Shown here: positions 50,134 to 59,887 of the stretch, piece after piece | How the letters are laid out: each line of letters starts with the position of its first letter | Position numbering within the stretch: the stretch's first letter is position 1 | NCBI GenBank assembly: GCA_963820825.1 | Contig: CAWGBN010000007.1 | Span: 288,001-352,000, forward strand | Reading direction: 5' to 3' | Length of the DNA stretch: 64,000 nucleotides | From: Vulcanimicrobiota bacterium | GTDB taxonomy: Bacteria; Vulcanimicrobiota; Vulcanimicrobiia; Vulcanimicrobiales; Vulcanimicrobiaceae | The notes under the pieces: model-generated | Seen by the model: only the letters and a program-made list of their open reading frames with translations | What the model was told of the DNA's origin: nothing | The model's database searches: none | Translations under genes and position numbers: made by a program

Positions 50134-51159
50134 ATGCAGAGTCTTCGATTTCCCGGCCGAGCCGCGCGAGGCACGTCGCTGCTCGCAGCGGCCTTCCTTG
50201 CCTCTTGCGGCGGCGGCTCGCTTTCACAGGGCACCGCTCAACTTCCATCTACAGCCGGCACGACGGTCCGCAAATCCGCGCTGCCGCCAGCCCCCTGCGC
50301 GGCCCAGGTTTGTATGTACGCGGCAAATACGAGCCCTCAGGTCATCACGGCTTATCACAACACCGCGAACGGCAATGCCTCACCCGTCCGCACGCTCAGC
50401 GGCGACTATACCGGCTTGTCAGGGCCCGCCGCCGTCGCCCTAGATGCCAGCCGCAACCTCTACGTCGCTAATGAGTACAATAGCAGCATCACGGTTTATG
50501 CGCCCGGCGCAAACGGAGACGTCGGCCCAACGCAGGTGATCCAGGGGCCGAGCACCGGCCTTGATTTTCCGCATGGAGTATTTGTCGATCCAAGCGGTAA
50601 CATTTACGTTGCAAACGTCTATGGCTACAGCATAACCGTCTTCGCCGCAGGTGCGAACGGGGACGTCGCGCCGATTCAGAGCATTGTCGGTGCAAGCACC
50701 GGGCTCAGCTGGCCCAATGGGGTCGTCGTCGATGCCTCCGGTGAAATCGTCGTTGCAAACCTTGGTAACAACACGGTGACGGTCTACGCCGCCAACGCCA
50801 ACGGAAACGTCGCACCGATCAGAACCATCCATGGCGCCCACACGGGACTCTCATCCCCGTGGGACGTCGCAGTAACCGGGAACCGTATCTTCGTCAGCAA
50901 TCTCGGCACCGGCAACGTGACCGTCTATCGCTTAAGCGCCGACGGAAATGTCAATCCGGTCCACACGATCGGCGGCTCGAACACCGGTCTGACCAGTCCC
51001 TTCGGCATCGCCATTCGAGGAACAAAACTCTATGTGGCAGCCAACGGCTCGGGCATACTCGTTTTCCCCACGAACGCAAACGGCAACGTTGCGCCGATTC
51101 AAGCGATCTACGGCTCTAACACCGGAATGGCTGACCTCCACGACGTCGCGATCCAATAA
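50134..51159 (+). CDS. NHL-like beta-propeller repeat lipoprotein
   Basis: GGAG RBS, lipobox LASC, about six repeats of VY---ANG-V-P---I-G--TGL--P. Confidence 0.85.
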   Translation: MQSLRFPGRAARGTSLLAAAFLASCGGGSLSQGTAQLPSTAGTTVRKSALPPAPCAAQVCMYAANTSPQVITAYHNTANGNASPVRTLSGDYTGLSGPAAVALDASRNLYVANEYNSSITVYAPGANGDVGPTQVIQGPSTGLDFPHGVFVDPSGNIYVANVYGYSITVFAAGANGDVAPIQSIVGASTGLSWPNGVVVDASGEIVVANLGNNTVTVYAANANGNVAPIRTIHGAHTGLSSPWDVAVTGNRIFVSNLGTGNVTVYRLSADGNVNPVHTIGGSNTGLTSPFGIAIRGTKLYVAANGSGILVFPTNANGNVAPIQAIYGSNTGMADLHDVAIQ

Positions 51160-51269
51160 GGGAACCTCATTGCAAGCGCCGCATGCCGCCCGCCGGCACG
51201 CAGCGCTTGCAAGCTTCTCATCCGTTTGAAACCGGAGCGACCACGGCGACGAACGCCGCGACAGTCCCC

Positions 51270-51377
51270 CTTCGTGATCGCGAGCTTTGAAGAACTGCTC
51301 TCCGGCGGATACACATTGACTTGCGCCGGATCTAAGATGCCGACATAGAGATTATCGCTGAAGGGAGCATCCTTCAT
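51270..51377 (-). pseudogene. Possible remnant of another beta-propeller gene
   Basis: Short segment DNLYVG...VNVYPP...ITKG resembles one propeller blade. Confidence 0.3.
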
Positions 51378-51625
51378 GGCCAGATCTCTCCTACTGGCGC
51401 ATCGTGCCGCAACGGGTTCGGTATTCGGACTACGAGCGTGATCCGCTCGTTATCGAGTTTTGATTTTGACCTGCCCTTGGCGAAGGGCGGTTAGAGACTG
51501 CCGGCAGGCTTGCGCGGAACGCTGCTGAGTCGCGTAGCGCTTGAAGGTCGTCCGCGTTGTTCCGGTCCATTCATCCCCAAGAAAAATCGAAGCGCCCTCA
51601 AAGAGGAGCGCTTCAATCGCCAACC

Positions 51626-51709
51626 TGCGCAAGACTGGACTCGAACCAGCACGAGATTGCTCCCGCTAGCCCCTCAAGCTAGTGCGTCTACCAATTCCGC
51701 CACTTGCGC
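51626..51709 (-). tRNA. tRNA-Leu (anticodon GAG), CCA not encoded
   Basis: GCGCAAG/CTTGCGC acceptor stem, GGAATTGGTAGAC D-arm, CTAGC-TTGAGGG-GCTAG anticodon arm, long variable arm, GGTTCGAGTCC. Confidence 0.96.
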
Positions 51710-51764
51710 GCTGGGGTCTAGGCGGTTCGGGGCGCCTTACCGCTTCGCCCTGCCGGGAGCGGGG

Positions 51765-52706
51765 CTATCGCATGTTCGGGTCGAGGGCGTCGCGCAGTCC
51801 GTCTCCGATATAGTTGATCGCCAGCACGGTAATCAGAATGCAGAGGCCGGGGAAGACGGCCGCCCACCACGCGATCGAGAGATTGCTCTGGGCGTTGGCC
51901 AACATGTTGCCCCACGACGCCGTCGGCGGCTGAATGCCGAAGCCGAGGAACGAGAGCGTCGATTCGACGATGATGACGTTGGCGACGTCGAGCGTCGCCT
52001 GCACGACGATCGGGGCGACGGCGTTCGGCAGCAGGTGCCGGAAGATGATCCGCGCGTCGTTGTTGCCGACCGCGCGCGCGGCCTCGGCGAACTCGCGCTC
52101 GCGCAGGCTCAAGAACGAGGCGCGCACGAGGCGCGCGACCGTCGGCCACGAGAGCGCTCCGATGATGATCACGATGACCCCGAAGCTGAGCGCCGCCTTC
52201 GTCGAGCTCGCCGCGACGATTGCGGTAAGCACCAGTAAGAGCGGCAGAAGCGGAATCGAGAGAAAGACGTCGGTGATGCGCATCAGCGCGTAATCGACCC
52301 AACCGCCGTAGTAGCCGGCGATCGCCCCGAGCGTCGCGCCGATCAAGACTTCCATAATCACGGCGAAGATGCCGACCGTCAGCGAGATTCGCGCGCCGAA
52401 GAGCAGCCGCGAGAGCAGGTCGCGTCCGACCTCGTCGGTTCCCAGCGAGTGCCCGCCGCACTGCGTCGCCGCTTGGAAGCACGGCGGCAGCGGCGTCCCC
52501 TGCCAGTGGACGTTATCGATAGCGTTGGGGTCGAACGGCGCAAGCTGCTTGGCGAACGCGGCCGCCAGAACCATCAGCGCGAGAACGATCAGCCCCGCGA
52601 CGGCGAGTTTATGCCGGCGCAGCCGCGTCCAAAACGTGACCTTCGTGAAGTGGAGGTCTTCCTCGATAACGGTATTGCCGGGAAGCGGGAGAGAAGGCGC
52701 CGCCAT
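51765..52706 (-). CDS. Oligopeptide ABC permease (OppC/DppC)
   Basis: LGTDEVGRD, GARISL, EAARAVG, HLLPN, LSFLGFG, SWG-ML. Confidence 0.94.
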   Translation of the reverse strand: MAAPSLPLPGNTVIEEDLHFTKVTFWTRLRRHKLAVAGLIVLALMVLAAAFAKQLAPFDPNAIDNVHWQGTPLPPCFQAATQCGGHSLGTDEVGRDLLSRLLFGARISLTVGIFAVIMEVLIGATLGAIAGYYGGWVDYALMRITDVFLSIPLLPLLLVLTAIVAASSTKAALSFGVIVIIIGALSWPTVARLVRASFLSLREREFAEAARAVGNNDARIIFRHLLPNAVAPIVVQATLDVANVIIVESTLSFLGFGIQPPTASWGNMLANAQSNLSIAWWAAVFPGLCILITVLAINYIGDGLRDALDPNMR

Positions 52707-52717
52707 CGTTGCCTCCT

Positions 52718-53692
52718 TTAGTCGTACTTCACGCGCGGATCGAGCCACGCGTAGACGACGTCGGCAAAGAGGTTAGAAAAGACGACCAGGAATGCCACCA
52801 TCAGGAGATATCCCATGAGTAGGGCAAGGTCGCTCTGCTGCAGCGCGTTATAGAAGAGCCGCCCCATTCCGGGCCAGGCGAAGATGTCTTCGGTGATGAT
52901 CGCACCGGCGAGCAACCCGGGAAGCGACAGCGCGGTGATCGTCACGACCGGAATCAGTGCATTCTTCAAACCGTGCTTGAAGAGGATCGTCCGAAACGAG
53001 AGACCCTTGGCCGCAGCGGTGCGCATGTAATCGGTGCCCAGAACCTCGAGCAGCGAGGAGCGCATGAAGCGGCTAAAGAGCGCGAGCTGCAAGAGCGAGA
53101 GCACGATCGCCGGCAGGATCAAATGCTCGAGCCGATCCCCGATATCGAACGTATCGCTCGTCGAGATGCCGGCCGACGGCAGTTGGATCTGATAGCCGAA
53201 GGGTAACTGAATGCCGTGTACCGCAAACGCCAGCTGCAGCATCAGCGCAAACCAAAAGACCGGCATCGATTGCCCGAAGAACGCCAGCGTCGTGATGGCG
53301 TAGTCGAGAACCGAGTAGCGGTAGACTGCCGAAATGATTCCTGCGCCGACACCGATGACGATCGCGATCGTGAGCGAGGCACCCATCAGTTCGAGCGTCG
53401 CCGGGAAGCGCTCGATCAGCGCTTGGAAGACGGGCTCTGAGTTGCTCGTCGAGTAGCCGAAGTCGCCGACGAGAACGTGGCCGAGCCACTTGAGATACTG
53501 AATCGGCACCGGCTGATCCATTCCGAGATTGTGCTTGAGCCGAGCGATATCGGCCGGCGTGATGTGCGGGTTCTGCAGGTAGGGCGCGAGCGGTCCCCCC
53601 GGCATGTTGTAAAGGATGCCGTAGAGGATGACCGAGATGGCCAGCAGCAGCGGAATCGACTGCAGCGTCCGGCGCACGACGTAGGTGAACAA
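52718..53692 (-). CDS. Oligopeptide ABC permease (OppB/DppB)
   Basis: GDFGYS, P-FW, DYMRTA-AKGL, KNALIP, FAWPGMG, LDPRV. Confidence 0.94.
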   Translation of the reverse strand: MFTYVVRRTLQSIPLLLAISVILYGILYNMPGGPLAPYLQNPHITPADIARLKHNLGMDQPVPIQYLKWLGHVLVGDFGYSTSNSEPVFQALIERFPATLELMGASLTIAIVIGVGAGIISAVYRYSVLDYAITTLAFFGQSMPVFWFALMLQLAFAVHGIQLPFGYQIQLPSAGISTSDTFDIGDRLEHLILPAIVLSLLQLALFSRFMRSSLLEVLGTDYMRTAAAKGLSFRTILFKHGLKNALIPVVTITALSLPGLLAGAIITEDIFAWPGMGRLFYNALQQSDLALLMGYLLMVAFLVVFSNLFADVVYAWLDPRVKYD

Positions 53693-53712
53693 GTCCGCGC
53701 CGTTATTGGACG

Positions 53713-54549
53713 TTAAGCATCGGCCGCCTTCGCTTCCGGTACGGGCAGGCCGAGGAGTTTTCGCGCTTGGTCAGGCGTCGCGACCGGACGGCCGGCCTCG
53801 GCGGCGATCCGCGCGACCCGCGCGACGAGCTCCTCGTTGCGAGCCAACCGGCCACGGCTATAGAAGAGATTGTCCTCCAAGCCGACGCGGACGTGACCGC
53901 CCATTGCGATCGCGGCCATCGCCATCGGAAGTTGCTGGCGGCCGATGCCCGCGACCGACCAGGTGCAGCCGTCGGGAAGGGCGTCGACGAGATCGGCGAG
54001 ATTCTGCACCGTCGCCTCCAAGCCGCCCGGAACGCCGAGCACCAAATCAACGTGCTGGGGAAAGGAGAGAAGCCGCTCCCGCGCCAGCTTGCGGGCATTG
54101 GCAATGTGGCCCTTGTCGAAGATCTCCAGCTCCGGACGAACGCCGTACTCGTTCATCTTCTTCAGAATGCCGCGCATGATCGGAAAGCTGTTCTCGAAGA
54201 TGTCGTCGCCGAAGTTCACGCTGCCGCAGGTCAGCGTCGCCATCTCCGGGCGAAGCTCGAGGACGCTCGCGCGTTCCTCCGGGGTCATGCCGATTGCGCC
54301 CCCGGTCGAGAACTGGACGATCAAATCACTCTGCGCGCGAATCGCGTCGTACGCTTCCCGGAAGCGCTCGATGCTATGCGTGTTAGTGCCGTCGTCGTTG
54401 CGGCAATGGACGTGAATGATCGAACCGCCGGCCTCCCGCACGGCACGCGCCGTCTCGCCGAGCAGACTCGGCGTGTAGGGCAGATGCGGCGTCTGGTCGG
54501 GGCGCACTTCCGCGCCGACGGGCGCGCAGGTGATGACGAGCGGATTCAT
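53713..54549 (-). CDS. kce: 3-keto-5-aminohexanoate cleavage enzyme (DUF849/BKACE)
   Basis: ITCAPVGAE, HVHCR, STGG, NFGDDIF-N, PELEIFD, RVGLEDN. Confidence 0.9.
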   Translation of the reverse strand: MNPLVITCAPVGAEVRPDQTPHLPYTPSLLGETARAVREAGGSIIHVHCRNDDGTNTHSIERFREAYDAIRAQSDLIVQFSTGGAIGMTPEERASVLELRPEMATLTCGSVNFGDDIFENSFPIMRGILKKMNEYGVRPELEIFDKGHIANARKLARERLLSFPQHVDLVLGVPGGLEATVQNLADLVDALPDGCTWSVAGIGRQQLPMAMAAIAMGGHVRVGLEDNLFYSRGRLARNEELVARVARIAAEAGRPVATPDQARKLLGLPVPEAKAADA

Positions 54550-54585
54550 TCGAGAGGCCTTCGTTTCGAAACGTTCGGCTTCAGT

Positions 54586-56184
54586 TCATTGCGACAGGGC
54601 GCGATAGGCCGCGTCGACGAGCTCGCGATCGACGCCGAGCAGGGCGGTGAGCGCGATCGCGTCGGCTCGCGGGCGTTCGTCGCCGGTAACCTCGCCGATC
54701 GTGTAATCCATCGCGCCGGCGAGGGCGGCCAGGGCTTCGGCGACGTCGTTGGAGGGCGGCTGCTGCGGAATGCCGGCGAGGCCGCGCACCGCGAAGTGGC
54801 GCACCCCTGCGGCCCCCGCGATGCCGGCCAAATGCGTCGCGAGCATGCCGCAAGCGCCGCCCTCACGGAGCCGCTCGAGTAGCGCAATCAGCAGCGCCTT
54901 GCCTTCGTGCGGGGTCGTCGTTCGGGCAAACTCATCGGCCAGAATCAGCAACCGCGGCGACCGCCGAGCGAGAATCGCTTTCAGTTCCAAGACCTCGCGA
55001 GCAAACGAGGAGAGCAGACCGCCGATCTGCGTTTCGCGACCCAAACCGAGCCAGGCGATTTGATCGAAGAGGGCCGTCTTGGCGCGCGCTGCGGGGACCG
55101 GAAGGCCGAAGGCCGCACAGAGCGCGACGAATCCGCAGGTCTGCAGGCAGACGCTCTTGCCGCCCATGTTCGGGCCAGTCAGCACCGCGACGTCATGCAG
55201 TTCGAGATCGAGCGGAACGAATTGCCGGCCGGCGGCGGTCAACTCTGCCTCCAACGGCAGAAAGCGCGCCGATTCGAAGGCGAGCACCGGCTCCGCCGCG
55301 ACGGATGCCGGCGTACATGCGTAACGCCGGGTGAAGCGCGCGGCGGCGAGGATCACGTCGAGTTCCCCGAGCGCGCGCTCGGCCTCGCCCAACGACGCGG
55401 CGTGTTCGCGCACGAGCGCGGAGAGGCGCGCGCGCACGCGCTCTTCGGCATTTGCCACCGCGTCGGCCGCGGCATCGCGCCGCGCGAGCGCGGCGAGCGA
55501 GGCTTCGCCTAACTCGAGCGCACAGAGCAGATACGTCGGCGCTTCGCGCAGCACGCGGATTCCCGCCGGCAGAGCGCCCGGCACGCCGGCGCGCATCACG
55601 ATGAACTCGTCGCCTTCGATCCCGTCGCGTCCCAGCGCGCGCGCGGCGCCTTCGCTCTCGCGGCCGCGCACCGCATCGAGCTCGGCCTGTTCGCGCCCAA
55701 GGCGGTCACGCTCGTCCCCGAGTTCCGGATCGAATGCATCGACGAGGTAGAATCCCATCTCGCCGCCTGGAGCGAGCGCGGTGCCGACCGCCGCAACGGC
55801 ATCGTTTGAAATCGGTGCGTGTTCGGGCAAGCCGGTGAGCAACTCGTCGATGCGCTCGATCGCCCTGCAGAAACGGAGCAGCTCGAGGAAGTTGGGATCG
55901 TCGAGAACGTCGCCCATCGACGCCAGCGAGATCGCGGCTGCGGCGTCGGGCAGTTCGTCGTAGGCCGCGCGCAACGCGTCGAGCCGTTCCGCATCGAGGC
56001 CGGCGGCAAATCGGGCGATTCTCTGCGCGCGCTCCTGCGCGCTCGTTTCTTGGCCGGCGAAGAATGGCCGCAGCAGCGCGTACTGCCGCTCTCCGTAAGC
56101 GGAGATCGGCGCTACGGCCGCGGTGAGCCACTCAAAGCCGAGAACGTGCGAGCTTGCGGGATCGAGCAGGTCGAGTGGTTTCAC
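54586..56184 (-). CDS. kamC: MutS-domain-V ATPase, lysine 5,6-aminomutase reactivase KamC-like
   Basis: TGPNMGGKS, LSSFA-E, DEFARTT-P-EG, TH; no mismatch-binding domain; lies between a kamB-like gene and kce. Confidence 0.72.
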   Translation of the reverse strand: MKPLDLLDPASSHVLGFEWLTAAVAPISAYGERQYALLRPFFAGQETSAQERAQRIARFAAGLDAERLDALRAAYDELPDAAAAISLASMGDVLDDPNFLELLRFCRAIERIDELLTGLPEHAPISNDAVAAVGTALAPGGEMGFYLVDAFDPELGDERDRLGREQAELDAVRGRESEGAARALGRDGIEGDEFIVMRAGVPGALPAGIRVLREAPTYLLCALELGEASLAALARRDAAADAVANAEERVRARLSALVREHAASLGEAERALGELDVILAAARFTRRYACTPASVAAEPVLAFESARFLPLEAELTAAGRQFVPLDLELHDVAVLTGPNMGGKSVCLQTCGFVALCAAFGLPVPAARAKTALFDQIAWLGLGRETQIGGLLSSFAREVLELKAILARRSPRLLILADEFARTTTPHEGKALLIALLERLREGGACGMLATHLAGIAGAAGVRHFAVRGLAGIPQQPPSNDVAEALAALAGAMDYTIGEVTGDERPRADAIALTALLGVDRELVDAAYRALSQ

Positions 56185-57035
56185 GCGGCGCGCGTGCCCG
56201 CGTAAACGTCGAAGACGGGCAGACTCGTGGCTTCGGCAACGGCAACGGCGAAGCTGCGCGGTTCGAAGACGCGTTCCGGCCCGATCGACGCTACCGTCGC
56301 GGCGATGACGCGCAGCGGTCGCCGGCAGCGTATCGAGAGCTGCGAGAGCGCACGCGTTCCCGCCTTTCCGCTCAGCGCGACCTGCGTCGGGTCGCGCACG
56401 ACGATTTGACGCGTCTCGCGTTCGGCCAAAAAGGCTGCAGCCCGCCCCGGCGTGAGCGCGCCCTCGATCTCGATGGCCGCAGCGTTCGGGTCGAAGCGCG
56501 GAATGCTCAAGCGCCGCACGAGCGCACCGATTTCGTCGACCGCTTCCTGCATCGTTTTTGCGGCCGCCGCTCCGCAGGCCACGACGATCGCACCGTTCAT
56601 TCCGGCGAGAGCGGCGACGCGATCGACCGCACCGTCGACGATCACCGTCTCGCTCCAGGCAGTGAGCTCTTCGACCATTTCGTGCACGCCCGATGCGGTC
56701 GGCGCGCCGGCGAGCTCGTACGATCCGCTCGACGCCGTGCGCGCGTAGAGCAGCGCGCCGGTCGGGCTCTGCAAGCCGGAAAACTTCAAGATCTGCGCGG
56801 CCGGCGAGCGCGGCAGCAGCGCGCGCGCGGTAACGAACGTCGTCTTGGGCCGCAGTCGTAAGCGGTGGCGCGGGTTCATCGATGCCAGCGCCGTCGAGAG
56901 ACCGGCCGCGCCGGCGGCGTCGTAGACGGCGCGCAGCACCGTCGTCTTCCCGACGCCCCTGCCGATGCCGACGACGAAGATCGTGCGCGCGCCCGCTGCG
57001 CGCGCGAGCTCGAGAAGCTCGAACCCTACTCGCAC
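56181..57035 (-). CDS. kamB: Lysine 5,6-aminomutase reactivase subunit KamB-like protein
   Basis: P-loop-like G--R-VGKTT, IVDGAVDR; GTGA-coupled to the kamC-like gene. Confidence 0.65.
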   Translation of the reverse strand: MRVGFELLELARAAGARTIFVVGIGRGVGKTTVLRAVYDAAGAAGLSTALASMNPRHRLRLRPKTTFVTARALLPRSPAAQILKFSGLQSPTGALLYARTASSGSYELAGAPTASGVHEMVEELTAWSETVIVDGAVDRVAALAGMNGAIVVACGAAAAKTMQEAVDEIGALVRRLSIPRFDPNAAAIEIEGALTPGRAAAFLAERETRQIVVRDPTQVALSGKAGTRALSQLSIRCRRPLRVIAATVASIGPERVFEPRSFAVAVAEATSLPVFDVYAGTRAA

Positions 57036-57049
57036 CGCGTCCCCTTCAG

Positions 57050-57616
57050 CTAGCCGAGGTGCAGCGCCTTGAGCGTCGCGAAGACGATACCGGTAAGCGC
57101 CAGCAATATGCCGCCGAGTAGGGCCGCGTTTCGCTCGGCGTAAGCTCCCAGCCAACGTCCCAGCGTGAGCCCGAAGGTGGTCGACGCGACCGATATGCAC
57201 GCGATGACGATCAGCGAAACGGGCATCGGCACGCCGATATAGAGAATCGAGAATCCGATCCCGAGCGAGTCGAGGCTGATCGCGAGGGCCGCGAGCATAA
57301 GCCCGCGGCCGGACGAGAGATCGAGACGTTGCGCGCCGGAGAGGTCGGAGCGGCTCTCACGCACCATGTAGATTCCGAGGCCGAAGAGCGCGGCGAATCC
57401 GAGGTATCCGGCGTAGTCGCCGATCAAGTGTCCGGCCGCCAGTCCGAGGCCGGCCCCCAGGAGATTCATACTAACCTCGGCGCACGCAAAGGCAATGCCG
57501 ATTCTCAGCTTCAAGCCGCGCGGAATGCCGCGAACCCCGACCCCCACGCTGACGGCAAAGACGTCGAGCGCGAGTGCCACGGCGATGACGAATACTTTGA
57601 CGAAGGCCGCGCCCAC
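57050..57616 (-). CDS. mntP: Manganese efflux pump MntP family
   Basis: ALALDVFAVS and AISLDSLGIG duplicated motifs, hydrophobic helices. Confidence 0.85.
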   Translation of the reverse strand: MGAAFVKVFVIAVALALDVFAVSVGVGVRGIPRGLKLRIGIAFACAEVSMNLLGAGLGLAAGHLIGDYAGYLGFAALFGLGIYMVRESRSDLSGAQRLDLSSGRGLMLAALAISLDSLGIGFSILYIGVPMPVSLIVIACISVASTTFGLTLGRWLGAYAERNAALLGGILLALTGIVFATLKALHLG

Positions 57617-57654
57617 AAAAACGCTTTGCGCGACGACCCCGTGAAGCTTCCTGC

Positions 57655-58428
57655 ATGATGCGCTCGTGGCCGGGCCCGGTATTTCTCTTTGCCGCGCTCG
57701 TCTTGATCGCGGCATTGACCGCTCCGGTCGCCGCCGTGGTTGCAGCAATGCCGCTCGGCGAGGCGGCGCGGAGCTTCGCGCGGACCGGCGGCGACGCGAT
57801 GCGCGTTTCGCTGATCGCCTCCGCGGGCGCGACTCTCGTCGCGACGATTCTGGGCGTTCCGGCCGGGTACGCGCTCGCGCAGTTATCTCCGCGCGTGCGC
57901 GCCGGTGCCGTCTTCTTGCTCGCGCTGCCGCTCGCATTTCCGCCGGTCGCATCGGGTCTGATGCTAATCTACACGCTCGGCACGAACGCACCGTTCGGCG
58001 CTTGGCTCGCCGCGCACGGCCTCTCCGTGCCCGATTCGCTGCTCGGAGTCGGCGTCGCCGAGTTCTTCGTTTCGGGTTCCTTCGTTGCGATCGCCGCAAC
58101 GGCGGCCTTCGCCGCGGTCGATCCGATTTACGGCGACGCGGCGAGAACGCTCGGAGCGAGCGAATGGCGGATCTTTTCGCGCATCGCCTTGCCGGCCGCC
58201 GCCGGGAGCATCGGTGCGGGAATTGCGTTTGCGTGGCTGCGTGCGATCGGCGAGTACGGCGCGACGAGTATCGTCGCGTTTCACCCGACCTCGCTCCCCG
58301 TTGCGCTCTACGTCGCCCTCTCAGCCTCCGGCGTGCGCGAAGCGCTCGCTCTCTGTTACGGCTTCGTCGCGCTCGCCGCCGTCGTGCTCGCCGCTGCGTG
58401 GATTCTCCGGCGCGGCGTCGTACAGTAG
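57655..58428 (+). CDS. ModB/CysT-like ABC permease
   Basis: LPLAFPPVASG, AARTLGA, RAIGEYGAT. Confidence 0.85.
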   Translation: MMRSWPGPVFLFAALVLIAALTAPVAAVVAAMPLGEAARSFARTGGDAMRVSLIASAGATLVATILGVPAGYALAQLSPRVRAGAVFLLALPLAFPPVASGLMLIYTLGTNAPFGAWLAAHGLSVPDSLLGVGVAEFFVSGSFVAIAATAAFAAVDPIYGDAARTLGASEWRIFSRIALPAAAGSIGAGIAFAWLRAIGEYGATSIVAFHPTSLPVALYVALSASGVREALALCYGFVALAAVVLAAAWILRRGVVQ

Positions 58429-58436
58429 CGCCTGCA

Positions 58437-59294
58437 GTGATTCAGAAGAACTTTTATTTCCTCGCGCGCCGGTTCGTAGCGGGCGAGGATATCGACTCGG
58501 CGATACGCGCCGTCCGCGCGCTCAACGAGCAGGGAATGACCGCGACCTTGGACTTTCTCGGCGAGGACGTCTTGGAGCGCGACGCGGCGTTGCGCCAGCG
58601 AGAGGTCTACCTCGAGATGCTCGACGCGATCGCCGCGAGCGGCGTCGATTCGAACGTCTCGGTGAAGCTCACCGCGATGGGCTTGCTCGTCGACGAGAAT
58701 TTCGCGCTGGAGAATCTGGCCGCAGTCGCCGAGCGCGCGCAAGCGAACCGCGATCCCTTCGTCCGCATCGACATGGAGGGCTCCGCCGTGCTCGAAGCGA
58801 CGCTGCGAATCTTTGCTCGCGCGTACGCCGAACACAAAAACGTCGGCCCCGTGCTGCAGGCCTATTTGAAGCGGACGCGATCCGACGTCGAGCGTGCGAT
58901 CGAGCTTGGTGCGCGCGTTCGTCTCTGCAAAGGTGCGTATAACGAACCGCCCGAGATCGCATACAAGCAAATGCCGGAGATCCGCGAGCATTATCTAGAC
59001 TCGGCTCGCGAGCTGCTGTCGCGGGGGGTCTATCCGGGCATCGCAACCCACGACCATCGTTTGATCGCCGCCGTCAAGCGTTTCGTCGTCGAGCATCGCA
59101 TCGCAAACGACCGCTTCGAGTTCCAAATGCTCTACGGGTGCCGGTCCGGCGTTCAGCGGGCGATCGTCGCCGAGGGCTACCGCTTACGCATCTACGTGCC
59201 GTTCGGAACGCATTGGGCCGGGTATTTCTACCGCCGTGTCCTGGAGCGCAGAGAGAACGCGCTCTTCGCCCTGTCGTCGATTTTTTCGCGCTGA
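58437..59294 (+). CDS. Monofunctional proline dehydrogenase
   Basis: RFVAGE, D-LGE, SVKLT, RIDME, QAYL-R, RLCKGAY, ATHD, FQMLYG, Y-RR--ER. Confidence 0.93.
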   Translation: MIQKNFYFLARRFVAGEDIDSAIRAVRALNEQGMTATLDFLGEDVLERDAALRQREVYLEMLDAIAASGVDSNVSVKLTAMGLLVDENFALENLAAVAERAQANRDPFVRIDMEGSAVLEATLRIFARAYAEHKNVGPVLQAYLKRTRSDVERAIELGARVRLCKGAYNEPPEIAYKQMPEIREHYLDSARELLSRGVYPGIATHDHRLIAAVKRFVVEHRIANDRFEFQMLYGCRSGVQRAIVAEGYRLRIYVPFGTHWAGYFYRRVLERRENALFALSSIFSR

Positions 59295-59743
59295 TGCGGG
59301 CAGTCGTTCAGCGCGTCGCGGGGGCGCGCGCACGCGTGGGAGCCCGGACCACCGGCGAGATCGGAACCGGCCTCCTCGGGCTGGTCAGCGTCGGGGTCGA
59401 CGACGAGGAAGCTGACGCTCGCGCGATGGCCGAGAAGCTGGCGGGACTCCGGATCTTTCCCGACGATCGCGGGCTCATGAACCGCTCCGTGGTCGAAGCG
59501 GCCGGCGCCGTGCTCCTCGTCTCCCAGTTCACGCTCCACGGCGACGCCAGGCATGGCCGGCGACCCTCGTTCATCGCGGCGGCGAGAGAACCTCAGGCCC
59601 GGGCCCTCTTCGAGCTGACCGGCGCCTGCCTGGAAAAGGCCGGAATCCCCGTCGCCTACGGCGAGTTCGGTGCCCAGATGGAGGTCGAGCTGGTCAATAC
59701 CGGCCCGGTGACGATCCTGCTCGATACCAAACGTCTGTTCTAA
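59294..59743 (+). CDS. dtd: D-aminoacyl-tRNA deacylase
   Basis: MRAVVQRV, LRIF-D, VSQFTL, RRPSF, FGA-M-V-LVN-GPVT. Confidence 0.95.
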   Translation: MRAVVQRVAGARARVGARTTGEIGTGLLGLVSVGVDDEEADARAMAEKLAGLRIFPDDRGLMNRSVVEAAGAVLLVSQFTLHGDARHGRRPSFIAAAREPQARALFELTGACLEKAGIPVAYGEFGAQMEVELVNTGPVTILLDTKRLF

Positions 59744-59887
59744 CCAGGCAGATACCTGCCTTACTGCTCGAGCCGGGCACTTTTCATCATGCTTGAACCT
59801 TCAGGCCAAACTTTCGGGCCCCAAGCTGCGTTGTAGTAGGTGGAGACAATAAAGCGGCCGCCAATCCCGTGCGGCACGAATAACTAG

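Noticed and set aside
51450..51632. 60-aa ORF beside the tRNA as an integrase remnant
   Set aside because: No recombinase motifs, and no repeat of the tRNA 3' end was found.
54586..56184. MutS or MutS2 DNA repair gene
   Set aside because: Only the ATPase domain is recognisable, with no mismatch-binding or Smr domain; context favours KamC.
59745..59762. Small hairpin AGGCAG-atac-CTGCCT after dtd
   Set aside because: Short stem without a convincing U-tract; not enough to call a terminator.
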